Origin: a virus
UHGV virus genome: UHGV-0260710
Length of the DNA stretch: 40,346 bases
Strand: one strand, 5' to 3'
Shown here piece after piece: positions 19,225 through 27,263 of the stretch. Each line of letters begins with the position of its first letter. Within the stretch, counting starts at the first letter, position 1. The position numbers and the translations under genes are program-made. The notes under the pieces are model-generated. The model made no database searches. It was not told the origin of the DNA and saw only the letters and a program-made list of their open reading frames with translations.

Positions 19225-20176
19225 CTGGTGTCTCCTCCATGTAGGTAATCTGACAAGCCCACCCCTTGTAGTAGTCAGGGTCTGACTTAACGTTCTCCGT
19301 GAACTCGGACATAAGGGCGCGACTAATGTTAGTTGCGGAGACCTCCATCCCGTTCTCTAGCATAACGTCAAAGCCGATGACCATACCTTCGTTGGCTAGA
19401 CCTTCTGTTCCCCACACCGGGCGAACAACGTGACCATCTGCCTCTTCACTTGGTTTCATCTTCCACATACCAGACTTCTTACCGCGCTTCCAGCGCCCCA
19501 GTGGGTCTTTAACCACCAGACCCTCGTGCCCATCTGCTCGCTTCTCCTCGTACAAATCACGAAGAGACTCAAGGCTAAACACTGTATGGCTCTCAGAGAG
19601 AACCCATTCGATTTCCGGGAAGTATTTCTGGAGGAGAGGGACGATAGCTTCGGCCTTCAGGCGGGTTACGCTATGGATAGGACCTTCGGCTTTCGGGTCA
19701 GCAATGGTTGTCATGTCGATGACGCCGTAAACCACAACCTGAAGTCTTGACCGTGCGGCCCAGAACGGGACCTTCTTACCACGTCCCGGATAGCACTCAG
19801 CGAACTCTTCGTTGCTAGGCTTCAGCCACTTCGTTCTGATGAGACCCGATGATGTGTTGAAGTCAACGCCTTTGACCATGACCTCGCCGTCAATCATCAA
19901 GCCCACACCTTCGTAGCCAGCTTGACGTAGGAACCATCGCCAGTCAGCTTGGGTCCACGCATTCCCTAACTCAGAGTTCATCCACTCCAAGGCCGGAAGA
20001 GGTTTAGACTCACGGCTCAGCCAGTAGGTCTCACCTTCACGCAGGACCGGGAGGTTTAGCCGCACACCATCGTACTTCACTTCAGCTTCCAGAGACCCGG
20101 CTGCTTCCAGTGCCTTCTTAATGCCAGACTCAGAGTAATCTACAGCGCGGTGCGGGTTGGTTTTAATAGTTGTCAT
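19154..20176 (-). CDS. gp1.3: ATP-dependent DNA ligase (gp1.3); start taken at MTTIKTNP (ORF also open from 20191)
   Basis: Alignable to T7 ligase (IKTNP..AV...ES.IKKAL, AE.KYDGVR.N, YWLSR.SK..PALE, MVKGVDFNT.SGL.RTKW, YFPEIEW, RA.GHEGL.VKDP, KRGKKSG.WKMKP, GT.GLANEG.VIGF.V.LE.G, ATNISRALM.EFTE, GWACQI.YMEETPDGSLRHPSF...RGTEDNP). Confidence 0.9.
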   Translation of the reverse strand: MTTIKTNPHRAVDYSESGIKKALEAAGSLEAEVKYDGVRLNLPVLREGETYWLSRESKPLPALEWMNSELGNAWTQADWRWFLRQAGYEGVGLMIDGEVMVKGVDFNTSSGLIRTKWLKPSNEEFAECYPGRGKKVPFWAARSRLQVVVYGVIDMTTIADPKAEGPIHSVTRLKAEAIVPLLQKYFPEIEWVLSESHTVFSLESLRDLYEEKRADGHEGLVVKDPLGRWKRGKKSGMWKMKPSEEADGHVVRPVWGTEGLANEGMVIGFDVMLENGMEVSATNISRALMSEFTENVKSDPDYYKGWACQITYMEETPDGSLRHPSFDQWRGTEDNPTVKI

Positions 20177-20439
20177 TATGCTTTGCTCCATGTGTCGAGT
20201 TGGTCAGCGAGACCGTTGAGGCAGTCTGTTGCGGTATTATACAGCACGTCTTCATCGTAGTGCGCGAAGGTCTCAAGCGCTAGGATGTTACCAGCTCGGT
20301 CCTCCACCCTTAGTTGCATGCACTCTTGGCGTGACACATGGTCTTGAAACTCCCGAGATATAACAGCGAAGTCTAACTGATAAAGCCTGTTACACGCTGC
20401 TCTGAAAGCGTTGAGGTTGCCACTATAAAGTCTGCTCAT
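20176..20439 (-). CDS. gp1.2: gp1.2-like protein (host dGTPase inhibitor family)
   Basis: 87 aa; collinear with T7 gp1.2 (RLYSGNL.AF.AA.N.L.QLD.AVI, R.EDR.GN, F.H.DEDVL.N..TD.LN...DQL..W). Confidence 0.85.
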   Translation of the reverse strand: MSRLYSGNLNAFRAACNRLYQLDFAVISREFQDHVSRQECMQLRVEDRAGNILALETFAHYDEDVLYNTATDCLNGLADQLDTWSKA

Positions 20440-20443
20440 TTGG

Positions 20444-20623
20444 TTATGCTCCTACGAAGTATTTCTCTTGGTTGATCATAGAGTCTTTACCTTCAGCATT
20501 ACGGAAAGCTCCTTTGACACCACCGCCACGCTTAGTCTTGTTCAGCTTGCGGCCCTTCGGGATGTAGCCTTCAGTCTGCTGACGTTCACGGATGCGCTCG
20601 AAGTTGATAGTGTTCTGATACAT
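20444..20623 (-). CDS. gp1.1: gp1.1-like small basic protein (59 aa)
   Basis: Hand translation MYQNTINFERIRERQQTEGYIPKGRKLNKTKRGGGVKGAFRNAEGKDSMINQEKYFVGA; KGRKLNKTKR matches T7 gp1.1; below the ORF-table length cutoff. Confidence 0.6.
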   Translation of the reverse strand: MYQNTINFERIRERQQTEGYIPKGRKLNKTKRGGGVKGAFRNAEGKDSMINQEKYFVGA

Positions 20624-20693
20624 GGTGTAGCTCCTGGTTGAGTGAGTTAGGGTTAATCATGAAGGCCACGACTTTGAGTCATGACCTTGAGTC

Positions 20694-20716
20694 TAATCCT
20701 ATAGTGATAGTTTAGG
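20694..20716 (-). promoter_or_regulatory. Phage RNAP promoter (TAAACTATCACTATAGGATTAG)
   Basis: Family motif upstream of gene 1.1, as T7 phi1.1A/B. Confidence 0.7.
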
Positions 20717-20790
20717 CTAACCTCTCCTGCGTTGGATTAAAGTGAATACTGCGAGTGCTACCAACCACAGGGCCAGTAACTGTAGGTATG

Positions 20791-20991
20791 TCATTTGGTT
20801 GCCGCCTCTTTAAGGACTTGCTCGTGCGTCTGCTCCACCATCTTAACCAGCAACTTGAATGGGACGTTAAGCTGCTTTGACATCTCGGTAGGGATGACAG
20901 TGGTCTTCACCAGACCCTTGCCGTTGTGTTCTGTTACGGTCACGATTTGGGTCCCACCCTTAACGCCAGTCTGCTTGTGTGCAAATTCCAT
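20791..20991 (-). CDS. Hypothetical protein (66 aa) after RNAP
   Basis: ORF in the conserved orientation; no recognised motif. Confidence 0.45.
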   Translation of the reverse strand: MEFAHKQTGVKGGTQIVTVTEHNGKGLVKTTVIPTEMSKQLNVPFKLLVKMVEQTHEQVLKEAATK

Positions 20992-21001
20992 AACTCTCTC
21001 C

Positions 21002-21232
21002 TTATCTAATTGTAGGGAATGACGGATACTGAGTGCGCTCGTCTTTCATCCACGCGTTAAGAACTTCATCAATCGAAGCTATAAGGTTGTACTCGTTAGG
21101 TTGAATCCACCCAGTCACACCCGACTGTAATCTGTCTCGGAGAATGATTAAATCCTTATAAGTCAGCTCTACATGGCAACGTCCCGACCCATCGTTGAAT
21201 GCCTTGTTGTGTGCTACAAGTTTCATTGACAT
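21002..21232 (-). CDS. Hypothetical protein (76 aa) after RNAP
   Basis: ORF starts 15 nt after RNAP stop; no recognised motif. Confidence 0.45.
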   Translation of the reverse strand: MSMKLVAHNKAFNDGSGRCHVELTYKDLIILRDRLQSGVTGWIQPNEYNLIASIDEVLNAWMKDERTQYPSFPTIR

Positions 21233-21247
21233 ATACTTCTCCTGCTG

Positions 21248-23929
21248 TTAAGCGAATGCAAAGTCTGAAGACAGGATGTCTTCGATATTCAGTTTGCCTT
21301 TCTTCGGAAGCTCAGGCAGCTTGTCGCGCTGGCTCTCGTGAAGCTGGTATTCGAACTGCTCGTAGAAGTCAAGCAGCACGTCGTTGTCGCGGTATGTCTC
21401 GACCATCGTCTCACGGACACCACGGAACAGATACTCAGCGTCAGCCGGGATGGTCCCGAAGCTATCATGAATCACTGCGAACGACATCACGCCATATTTG
21501 CGGTGAGTGTGGACTACAGTCTTGCGTAGGTGGCTACCATCTTGTGAGTGGACGAAGTTCGGGCTAATGCCTGACTCCTGCTTGTGCTTGTCCAACTCTT
21601 TCTTCGTGCCTTTATTGACGGTAGGCTGAAGGTTGAATGACCCTAAGAACATCAGGTTCAGACGAGTGGTATCCTTCTTGCGGTATTCCTGCCAGACCGG
21701 GAAACCATCAGGTGTTACCCAGTGTACAGGAAGGCAAGGCTTCAGGATTTCCCCGGTCTTTTTGTCCTTCACTTCAGCAGCCAGCAGCTTGGCAGCACCC
21801 TGAAGCCACTTCATCGCGTCAACAGCAGCAACTACGGTCACACTCACAGCTTCCCAAATCATCTTAGCCATGAAGCGAGACGCTTGGCTTGGCTCGGTGA
21901 ACATAGCGCCAGACCCTGAGTCAATCGCTGGAATCACGATGTCCTCGTACACTTGGTCTGCGAAGCCGTACTCTTTCGACCCATAGGCCAGAGTCATGAC
22001 TGAACGCTTAGTGACCTTTCGTGACATACCGTAGGTCAGCCACTGGCGGGCCAGCTCTCGTGTCCCCAGCTTGATACGTTCGGTAATCTCACCCGTTTTC
22101 TTGTCCTCGTGAGTTACCATCTCGTTGTCCGTGCCGTTAACCAGCAGGACTTTAAGCTCTTCCTCAATGCGGTCAGACACTATGCGGTAGATGTCTTGTA
22201 CCTTACCGGAAGGCGTCAGGTTTACTGCATGTCCACCGATGTGGTCACGAAGCATCGCGCTAAAGTGCTGAATCCCAGAGCAGGACCCATCGAATGCTAT
22301 CGGCAGCGAGCAGGAGTAAGACAATCCGTGATGCATTACGCCAGCATACTCGAAGCAGAACGCTAGGAAGCAGAACGGAGAGTCTAACTTACCCCACCAC
22401 TCAATGCTGTCCATCGGTGCCTTAGCGGTAGCCATGATGTTGTCGTGGTTATCTTCCACCCACTTGATGCGCTCCTCGAAGGTTACTTTATCAATACCCG
22501 CACAGTTTGCACCGTGGACCTTCAGCCATTTGAAACCATCAGCACCAATAGGCTTACCGACTGCCAGAGTCAGGAGACCCTTTTGCATGTCGTTACCCTG
22601 AGGGTTGAACATCGGAACAGCGTAGACACGACCGCGCCAGTCCATATTGTACGGGAACCAGATGGCCTTGAACTGAGAGAACTTGTTCGCTTGGTTAACG
22701 ATAAAGCTCAGTGACAATCTACGCGACTGCCGAGCCTTCTCTCGGCGGTAGATACCAGCAGCAGCCTTCTTCCATGCCTTAAGTTCCTCTTCAGTCTCAC
22801 CCGCATAGTCTTCAGGCTTCAGTGGCTCCATCTGAGGGATGTCATCAATAGGCGTGTTGTTCAACTTCTCGACCATGTTCACCACGTCCAGAACCTTCTT
22901 GTTCACTTTCCAAGGTGTATTCTGGATGATGTTAACAGCGTCATATACTTCAGGCATGTACACGTCTTCGTAACGTGCCACCGCAGACTTAGACCCTAAG
23001 CGAATCAGTGGTAGTGGTCTGCGTCCTTTGGCCCAGTACCCACCTCCTACGACACCAGTCCACGGCTTAGGTGGAACGACGCAAGGCTGGTAGACTGGAG
23101 CGATACCCGCAAGGCTGAAGCCTCGTTGCGCCATCTTCTTGACCCAGAAGTCTGACAGGTGGACCATCTCGACGTCAGCCGCTGCATTGCCAGCACCGTA
23201 ACGCTTAAGCTCGACCAGTTGTGTTGACTGGATGATAATCTCAAGCATCTTGATTCCAACGTGGACAGCCTCGGTTGGACTCCAAGTCCCCCACGCATCT
23301 TCCAGTTGGCCTTGCTCAAGCATGGATGCCTCAACCGCTTGCATGTAGGCTTTCTTGTAGGATGCCCCAGCTCGCTTGTTCAGGTTCTCGGCTATCGCCT
23401 TCTTGAAGTGCTCCTTCTCCTTGTCACGGATGCGACCGAAGCGGATTTCGTCCTCAAGTGTGCGACCTATCGCGGATGCCATCGGTGTAATCGGTATCCC
23501 TTCAGGCTTGACCAGCTTGGAGAGTATGACCTTCAGTATGATTACCGCAGCAGACTCGCAAGAGATACGCAGAGAGCGGTCCTTGACGGCCTTCTCTTCA
23601 GTGCTCAACATGGTGAACGCTACGCTAGGACGAGAGGTTGACAGCTTCCCGTCTGGGCCTTCATGCCACTCCCTGACGGCTTGCGCAATCTTAGGGACCA
23701 GAGTCTGCATCAAAGGCTTGGCGACCTGATTGTCTGCCAGTTCCCCGCGCTCAGTCTGTCGCTCAAGGTTCTTGATGAAACGTCGCTCGCCTTCAGTGTA
23801 TGCCTCATGCTCAAGCTGAAGCTGTTTGACTGCAAGGTCTTGCCCGTAATGGTCAGCCAGCAGGTTAAACGGCTCAATAGCGTTAGACACATCAGAGAAG
23901 TCGTGTTTGTCAATAGAGATGACGCTCAT
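21248..23929 (-). CDS. gp1: Single-subunit DNA-directed RNA polymerase (T7 gene 1 family)
   Basis: 893 aa; extensive collinear identity with T7 RNAP (DHYG, FQPCVVPPKPWTG..GGGYWA.GRRPL, RYEDVYMPEVY, WFPYNMDWRGRVYAV.MFNPQGNDM.KGLLTLA.GKPIG, SPFCFLAFCFEYAGV.HHGLSY.CSLP.AFDGSCSGIQHFSAMLRD, VTKRSVMTLAYGSKE.GF, HKQESGI.PNFVHSQDGSHLRKTVV, IHDSFGTIPADA, ends SDFAFA). Confidence 0.98.
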   Translation of the reverse strand: MSVISIDKHDFSDVSNAIEPFNLLADHYGQDLAVKQLQLEHEAYTEGERRFIKNLERQTERGELADNQVAKPLMQTLVPKIAQAVREWHEGPDGKLSTSRPSVAFTMLSTEEKAVKDRSLRISCESAAVIILKVILSKLVKPEGIPITPMASAIGRTLEDEIRFGRIRDKEKEHFKKAIAENLNKRAGASYKKAYMQAVEASMLEQGQLEDAWGTWSPTEAVHVGIKMLEIIIQSTQLVELKRYGAGNAAADVEMVHLSDFWVKKMAQRGFSLAGIAPVYQPCVVPPKPWTGVVGGGYWAKGRRPLPLIRLGSKSAVARYEDVYMPEVYDAVNIIQNTPWKVNKKVLDVVNMVEKLNNTPIDDIPQMEPLKPEDYAGETEEELKAWKKAAAGIYRREKARQSRRLSLSFIVNQANKFSQFKAIWFPYNMDWRGRVYAVPMFNPQGNDMQKGLLTLAVGKPIGADGFKWLKVHGANCAGIDKVTFEERIKWVEDNHDNIMATAKAPMDSIEWWGKLDSPFCFLAFCFEYAGVMHHGLSYSCSLPIAFDGSCSGIQHFSAMLRDHIGGHAVNLTPSGKVQDIYRIVSDRIEEELKVLLVNGTDNEMVTHEDKKTGEITERIKLGTRELARQWLTYGMSRKVTKRSVMTLAYGSKEYGFADQVYEDIVIPAIDSGSGAMFTEPSQASRFMAKMIWEAVSVTVVAAVDAMKWLQGAAKLLAAEVKDKKTGEILKPCLPVHWVTPDGFPVWQEYRKKDTTRLNLMFLGSFNLQPTVNKGTKKELDKHKQESGISPNFVHSQDGSHLRKTVVHTHRKYGVMSFAVIHDSFGTIPADAEYLFRGVRETMVETYRDNDVLLDFYEQFEYQLHESQRDKLPELPKKGKLNIEDILSSDFAFA

Positions 23930-23997
23930 ACTTAAAGTCCTTGTTATTAGTCTTTCACTTAAAGTCTCTTTGGTCTTTCACTTGGAGTCTTAGACCT

Positions 23998-24020
23998 TGA
24001 GTCCTATAGTGATAGTTAAG
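23998..24020 (-). promoter_or_regulatory. Phage RNAP promoter directly upstream of the RNAP gene (TTAACTATCACTATAGGACTCA; +1 ~24003, 73-nt leader)
   Basis: Family motif between the last small early ORF and the RNAP ATG; leader contains an 11-bp direct repeat AAGTGAAAGAC x2 and an AAGGA RBS. Confidence 0.6.
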
Positions 24021-24026
24021 TCAGAA

Positions 24027-24353
24027 TCACTTGCATATCAATGGGTTAGCGTGAAGATGACTGAAGTCACCATGAGTCGTGTGCTTGACGGTTGACCGTT
24101 GGTCTATCGCCTTCCAGCCTGAGACCAGAAGTTTACCATCTTCGGTGATTGGTTGCCCACCATACGCCAGACACATCAGTTCGGACTTATGGCCCTCAGC
24201 CCGCATACGTCGCTGTAAGAACATGTCACGCTCCTTCTGTTGACGTATGGTGTGGCTTGATGTTCCGTGACGATACCCGGTAACCAGTAGGCTTAACATT
24301 TGCATGTCTGCGTCCATAGAGTGTACCAGATTAATCCCGTATGACTTGTTCAT
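24027..24353 (-). CDS. Hypothetical early protein (108 aa)
   Basis: ORF coupled by ATGA overlap to the upstream 65-aa ORF; occupies the region where T7 has 0.5-0.7; no kinase motifs. Confidence 0.5.
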   Translation of the reverse strand: MNKSYGINLVHSMDADMQMLSLLVTGYRHGTSSHTIRQQKERDMFLQRRMRAEGHKSELMCLAYGGQPITEDGKLLVSGWKAIDQRSTVKHTTHGDFSHLHANPLICK

Positions 24354-24550
24354 TACATTTTGCTCCCAAGTGTTGCTATATCCCAGACGTTCGCTAAGTT
24401 GCGCATGAATCGTCCATTAGGTTGACGTACAGTCCAGCGACCCAGACGTACATAGTTGAATTTGCAGACTTTACGCGCTTTATTTATGTCCCTCATCAGC
24501 ACGTAGGCGATAAGTCCATAGCCTATGACTATCAATAGTGCAAGACTCAT
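24353..24550 (-). CDS. Hypothetical early membrane protein (65 aa, N-terminal TM helix)
   Basis: MSLALLIVIGYGLIAYVLM hydrophobic N-terminus then basic region; ATGA-coupled on both sides. Confidence 0.5.
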   Translation of the reverse strand: MSLALLIVIGYGLIAYVLMRDINKARKVCKFNYVRLGRWTVRQPNGRFMRNLANVWDIATLGSKM

Positions 24551-24636
24551 AATGATTTCCGTTTAATACAGTCGTATATCCCATAGACTATCATCCAGAT
24601 AACTGGCGCTAGGCAGACCCAATATCCCACACTCAT
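24547..24636 (-). CDS. Small hydrophobic peptide (29 aa, MSVGYWVCLAPVIWMIVYGIYDCIKRKSL)
   Basis: AGGAG RBS upstream of ATG at 24634-24636; stop overlaps next start (ATGA); below ORF-table cutoff. Confidence 0.3.
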   Translation of the reverse strand: MSVGYWVCLAPVIWMIVYGIYDCIKRKSL

Positions 24637-24706
24637 AGTTAACTCCTATTAATGCAAGTGGTAATCTTTGAGGCCACCTATCAGTCGATGACCTCTCGTC
24701 TATCAC

Positions 24707-24832
24707 TCAGTACCCACCTGTCAGCGTTATGGTCAGGCTATGGTGATTCGCCACGTAGCAAGCCCCGCGCTTCATCATCTCGTAGCATCCATCGTAGAAC
24801 GCCTGTTCACTGCTATAAGTTATCTGGTACAT
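24707..24832 (-). CDS. Small hypothetical early ORF (41 aa)
   Basis: ATG 7 nt after the stop of the upstream 66-aa ORF; hand translation MYQITYSSEQAFYDGCYEMMKRGACYVANHHSLTITLTGGY. Confidence 0.3.
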   Translation of the reverse strand: MYQITYSSEQAFYDGCYEMMKRGACYVANHHSLTITLTGGY

Positions 24833-24838
24833 TGTTGC

Positions 24839-25039
24839 TTACCCTTGGAATCCTACAGTGTTGGGCCATAGCGTAACGGTTTTACGCTTGGAGGTGATAA
24901 GGTCGGTAAATGATATCCGATATGCTGTGCCCTCAGGTGCTAGTATGTTGCCCACATAGCTCTTGGTAGTTATGCGTATTGGACCATCGCCTACCAGATA
25001 TACGGACTTAAGTCTATCAATTATATCGTTGCGTTTCAT
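24839..25039 (-). CDS. Hypothetical early protein (66 aa)
   Basis: ORF whose ATG overlaps the stop of the upstream 53-aa ORF (ATGA). Confidence 0.45.
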   Translation of the reverse strand: MKRNDIIDRLKSVYLVGDGPIRITTKSYVGNILAPEGTAYRISFTDLITSKRKTVTLWPNTVGFQG

Positions 25040-25197
25040 TGTTGGTTATCCTCAGCGTGCAAGCTGTCGTGTATGCGCTTGCGGCCCTCGTAGACCGCCT
25101 TCAGGTGACGTATAGCCGCATCGTGGTTTAACTGCCCGGTCTTGACCATAATCCGGGCGTTGGTGACGTGGTGCTGGCATAGACCGTAAGTTACCAT
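25036..25197 (-). CDS. Small hypothetical early ORF (53 aa), translationally coupled to Ocr
   Basis: ATG shares the A of the Ocr TGA stop (TGATG); hand translation [53 protein letters not shown]. Confidence 0.35.
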   Translation of the reverse strand: MVTYGLCQHHVTNARIMVKTGQLNHDAAIRHLKAVYEGRKRIHDSLHAEDNQQ

Positions 25198-25709
25198 CAC
25201 TCGCAGTCATCCTCAGCAGACGCAGGGTCGAACACTACGTTATCGTTGATGTCCTCGACCTTCAGGTGGCGACCTATCGCATAGTGATCTTTGGCACATG
25301 CAGTAGCGACATCAAGTGATACAGCTTGCTCAACGAATAGGCCTGTTTTAGCGTCTACTACCCAGTATTCTCCCTCCTCGTAGCAGCGCTCTTCAGGCTC
25401 GAACCAGACCACATCAGAGCTATTAGACACATCGTTATACAGTGCCTCATAAATGCGAGCTTGTAGGATGCGCGTTACGTCCTTGGTATCAGGCATCAGC
25501 CCAGAGTCTTCGAACTCATGGTCAATACCATCAGCAGCCATCACCGTGAAAATCTCGTGGTAATAGTGCGGAACCATATTGTCTACGACTTCATGTAGCG
25601 CATCGTAATAATCATCGCCTTCAGCTATTTCGTCGTACTGAATGCGCTCGTTAAATGCTTCAACGGTTGCAGCCAGCAGCTCATAGTATGCGTTAGCGTT
25701 ACGTTCCAT
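25197..25709 (-). CDS. ocr: Ocr-like anti-restriction protein (gene 0.3) with C-terminal extension
   Basis: 170 aa; core [36 protein letters not shown] matches T7 Ocr (117 aa); about 55 extra C-terminal residues. Confidence 0.85.
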   Translation of the reverse strand: MERNANAYYELLAATVEAFNERIQYDEIAEGDDYYDALHEVVDNMVPHYYHEIFTVMAADGIDHEFEDSGLMPDTKDVTRILQARIYEALYNDVSNSSDVVWFEPEERCYEEGEYWVVDAKTGLFVEQAVSLDVATACAKDHYAIGRHLKVEDINDNVVFDPASAEDDCE

Positions 25710-25924
25710 AATTATATCCTCTCAAAGTTGTTTGTGTATGTTAGTGACTATCAGTCAGGACCCTGAGCCGCTCAAGTCAAGCCCGTCTCGCGGTAGACTC
25801 AAGGTCCTGTAGTTAATCACTATCGGCGCACATTAAGAGTTTATCCAGATTGTTAAAGAGCATTCCCTTCAGTCAGAGGACTTCAGGTAGACCATTTCAG
25901 TGTTGGTCGTCACCGTTGTGTCGA

Positions 25925-25962
25925 TGTGGTACAGCTTACATCTTATCGTCACTACTTGTCAA
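25925..25962 (-). promoter_or_regulatory. Candidate host sigma70 early promoter (A2/A3-like): TTGACA-18nt-TAAGCT
   Basis: -35 TTGACA at 25957-25962; flanking sequence resembles T7 A2/A3 (AAGTAGACAGCCTGATAAGTC..CGAAAAACAGG upstream; GTACCACAT...CCAACACTGAAA downstream), from memory. Confidence 0.4.
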
Positions 25963-26067
25963 CTGCTTTCTGTCATCTGCCTGTTTTTCGTATGACTTAT
26001 CAGGCTGTCTACTTAACCGGGATGACCCGGCGTCTTCACTATCCGGTTATTGCCGTGTCGTGTTGAC

Positions 26068-26103
26068 GGAAGCTATTAAGCCATAGTCTAGACCTATAGT
26101 CAA
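26068..26103 (-). promoter_or_regulatory. Candidate host sigma70 early promoter (A1-like): AT-rich UP region, TTGACT-17nt-CTTAAT
   Basis: -35 TTGACT at 26098-26103 with 17-bp spacer; first promoter-like element downstream of the end-repeat arrays. Confidence 0.4.
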
Positions 26104-26224
26104 TAGGTAATTTGAAATAATATTGATTGAGCTATCGTCGGCCCCATGGTGTAAGAGGATATAGTCTTTGACTAACATGTCTTAGACTTTAAGTCTATAT
26201 CCTTGTGTCTATTAACCGTTGGTC

Positions 26225-26480
26225 TCTGACTGTAGGTGTTGGTGTCTTATGGTTGAGACTGTAGGTTGTTAGACTGTAGGTTGTTAGAACTGTGGTTGTG
26301 ACTTATGGTTAGTGAGACTGTAGGCTGTAGGCTGATGGTTGTGACTTAGGGTCTGATACAGATAGAGACTCAGAGGCAGACCCATAGTCCCAACCTATCG
26401 TCCTTCCCTAAGCCATAGCCACAACCTATCGTTGACCTAACGTCTTGACCATCGGTCCAACCTTATGATAGACTGGGGGT
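26225..26480. repeat. Arrays of short degenerate repeats characteristic of T7-group genome ends
   Basis: 26225-26355 reiterates (G)ACTGTAGG(T/C)TGT / CTTATGG / CTTAGGG units (CCTACAG-type on minus strand); 26380-26475 carries CCATAG / CCTATCG / CCTAAG-type units in the opposite orientation; non-coding. Confidence 0.6.
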
Positions 26481-27117
26481 AGGGCCTTTGGTCTGGACTG
26501 AAAGAGGGCCTATGGGGAGACTTGAGGTTCTTGAACTGTGAGATGTGGTCTCAAACTTTTGGTCCAAAACTCATCGAAGACTGTAGGACACAGCCACTGT
26601 AGGTCAAGGACCGTAGGTCAGGCGACACTAGGATAGACCAATAAGTAGGATGACCCTAAGTGAGCTTCTCTTAAGGTGTTACCTAAAGTCCTTGACTACA
26701 GTAGCTAAGGTCAGTAGAGTAGCGTCAGCTATGAACTGACCTTAGGTCTTCCGCTCATGAATCGTTACCATGATTGCATTAATTGCACTGAGAGACCAGA
26801 GAGCATACGAGAGTCTCGACCCACCCGACCCACTGACTTCCAGCAGTAACGCCAGAAGCAAGTAGAACAGCAGCAAGAAACCTGTATGTAGCTCGATTGG
26901 TCGCCAGAGCTTTAAGTACAGCTTTGGTCTTTGCCATATGCTACATACCTCCTGTATCTATGGTCGGTGACTATCTGTATTGGAGGGATTATGATTAATA
27001 TCACCCTCCTTCCATCGGTGCAAGCCTTAGGTAAGAACTCGGAGTCTGCCTCCTAAGGTCTTGCATAAAGTCTGCATATGTATATTCACTACAGTAATAC
27101 TATAAGTAACCGGGGGT

Positions 27118-27140
27118 CTTCCCTATAGTGATAGTTAAGT
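27118..27140 (-). promoter_or_regulatory. Phage RNAP promoter near the right genome end (phiOR-like), TTAACTATCACTATAGGGAAGACC
   Basis: Family motif downstream of the last gene, reading toward the genome end. Confidence 0.65.
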
Positions 27141-27263
27141 CCAAACTCCTTGTAAAACAGTAGGTTAGACTGGTAGTCACGCATGGTAACTACCTGAGTT
27201 TTTATTCACATATAGCGACATAGTATTCACCATGAAGCTCCCTTCCCTTGGTATTCCTCCAGT

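Noticed and set aside
25740-25800. TTGACT followed 22 nt later by GATAGT on the minus strand, a possible third host promoter
   Set aside because: Spacer is too long for a sigma70 promoter; the segment is more likely leader or processing sequence just upstream of the Ocr RBS.
25850-26086. 78-aa plus-strand ORF in the early promoter region
   Set aside because: Wrong strand, overlaps the candidate host promoters, Cys/Ser-rich low-complexity translation; treated as non-coding.
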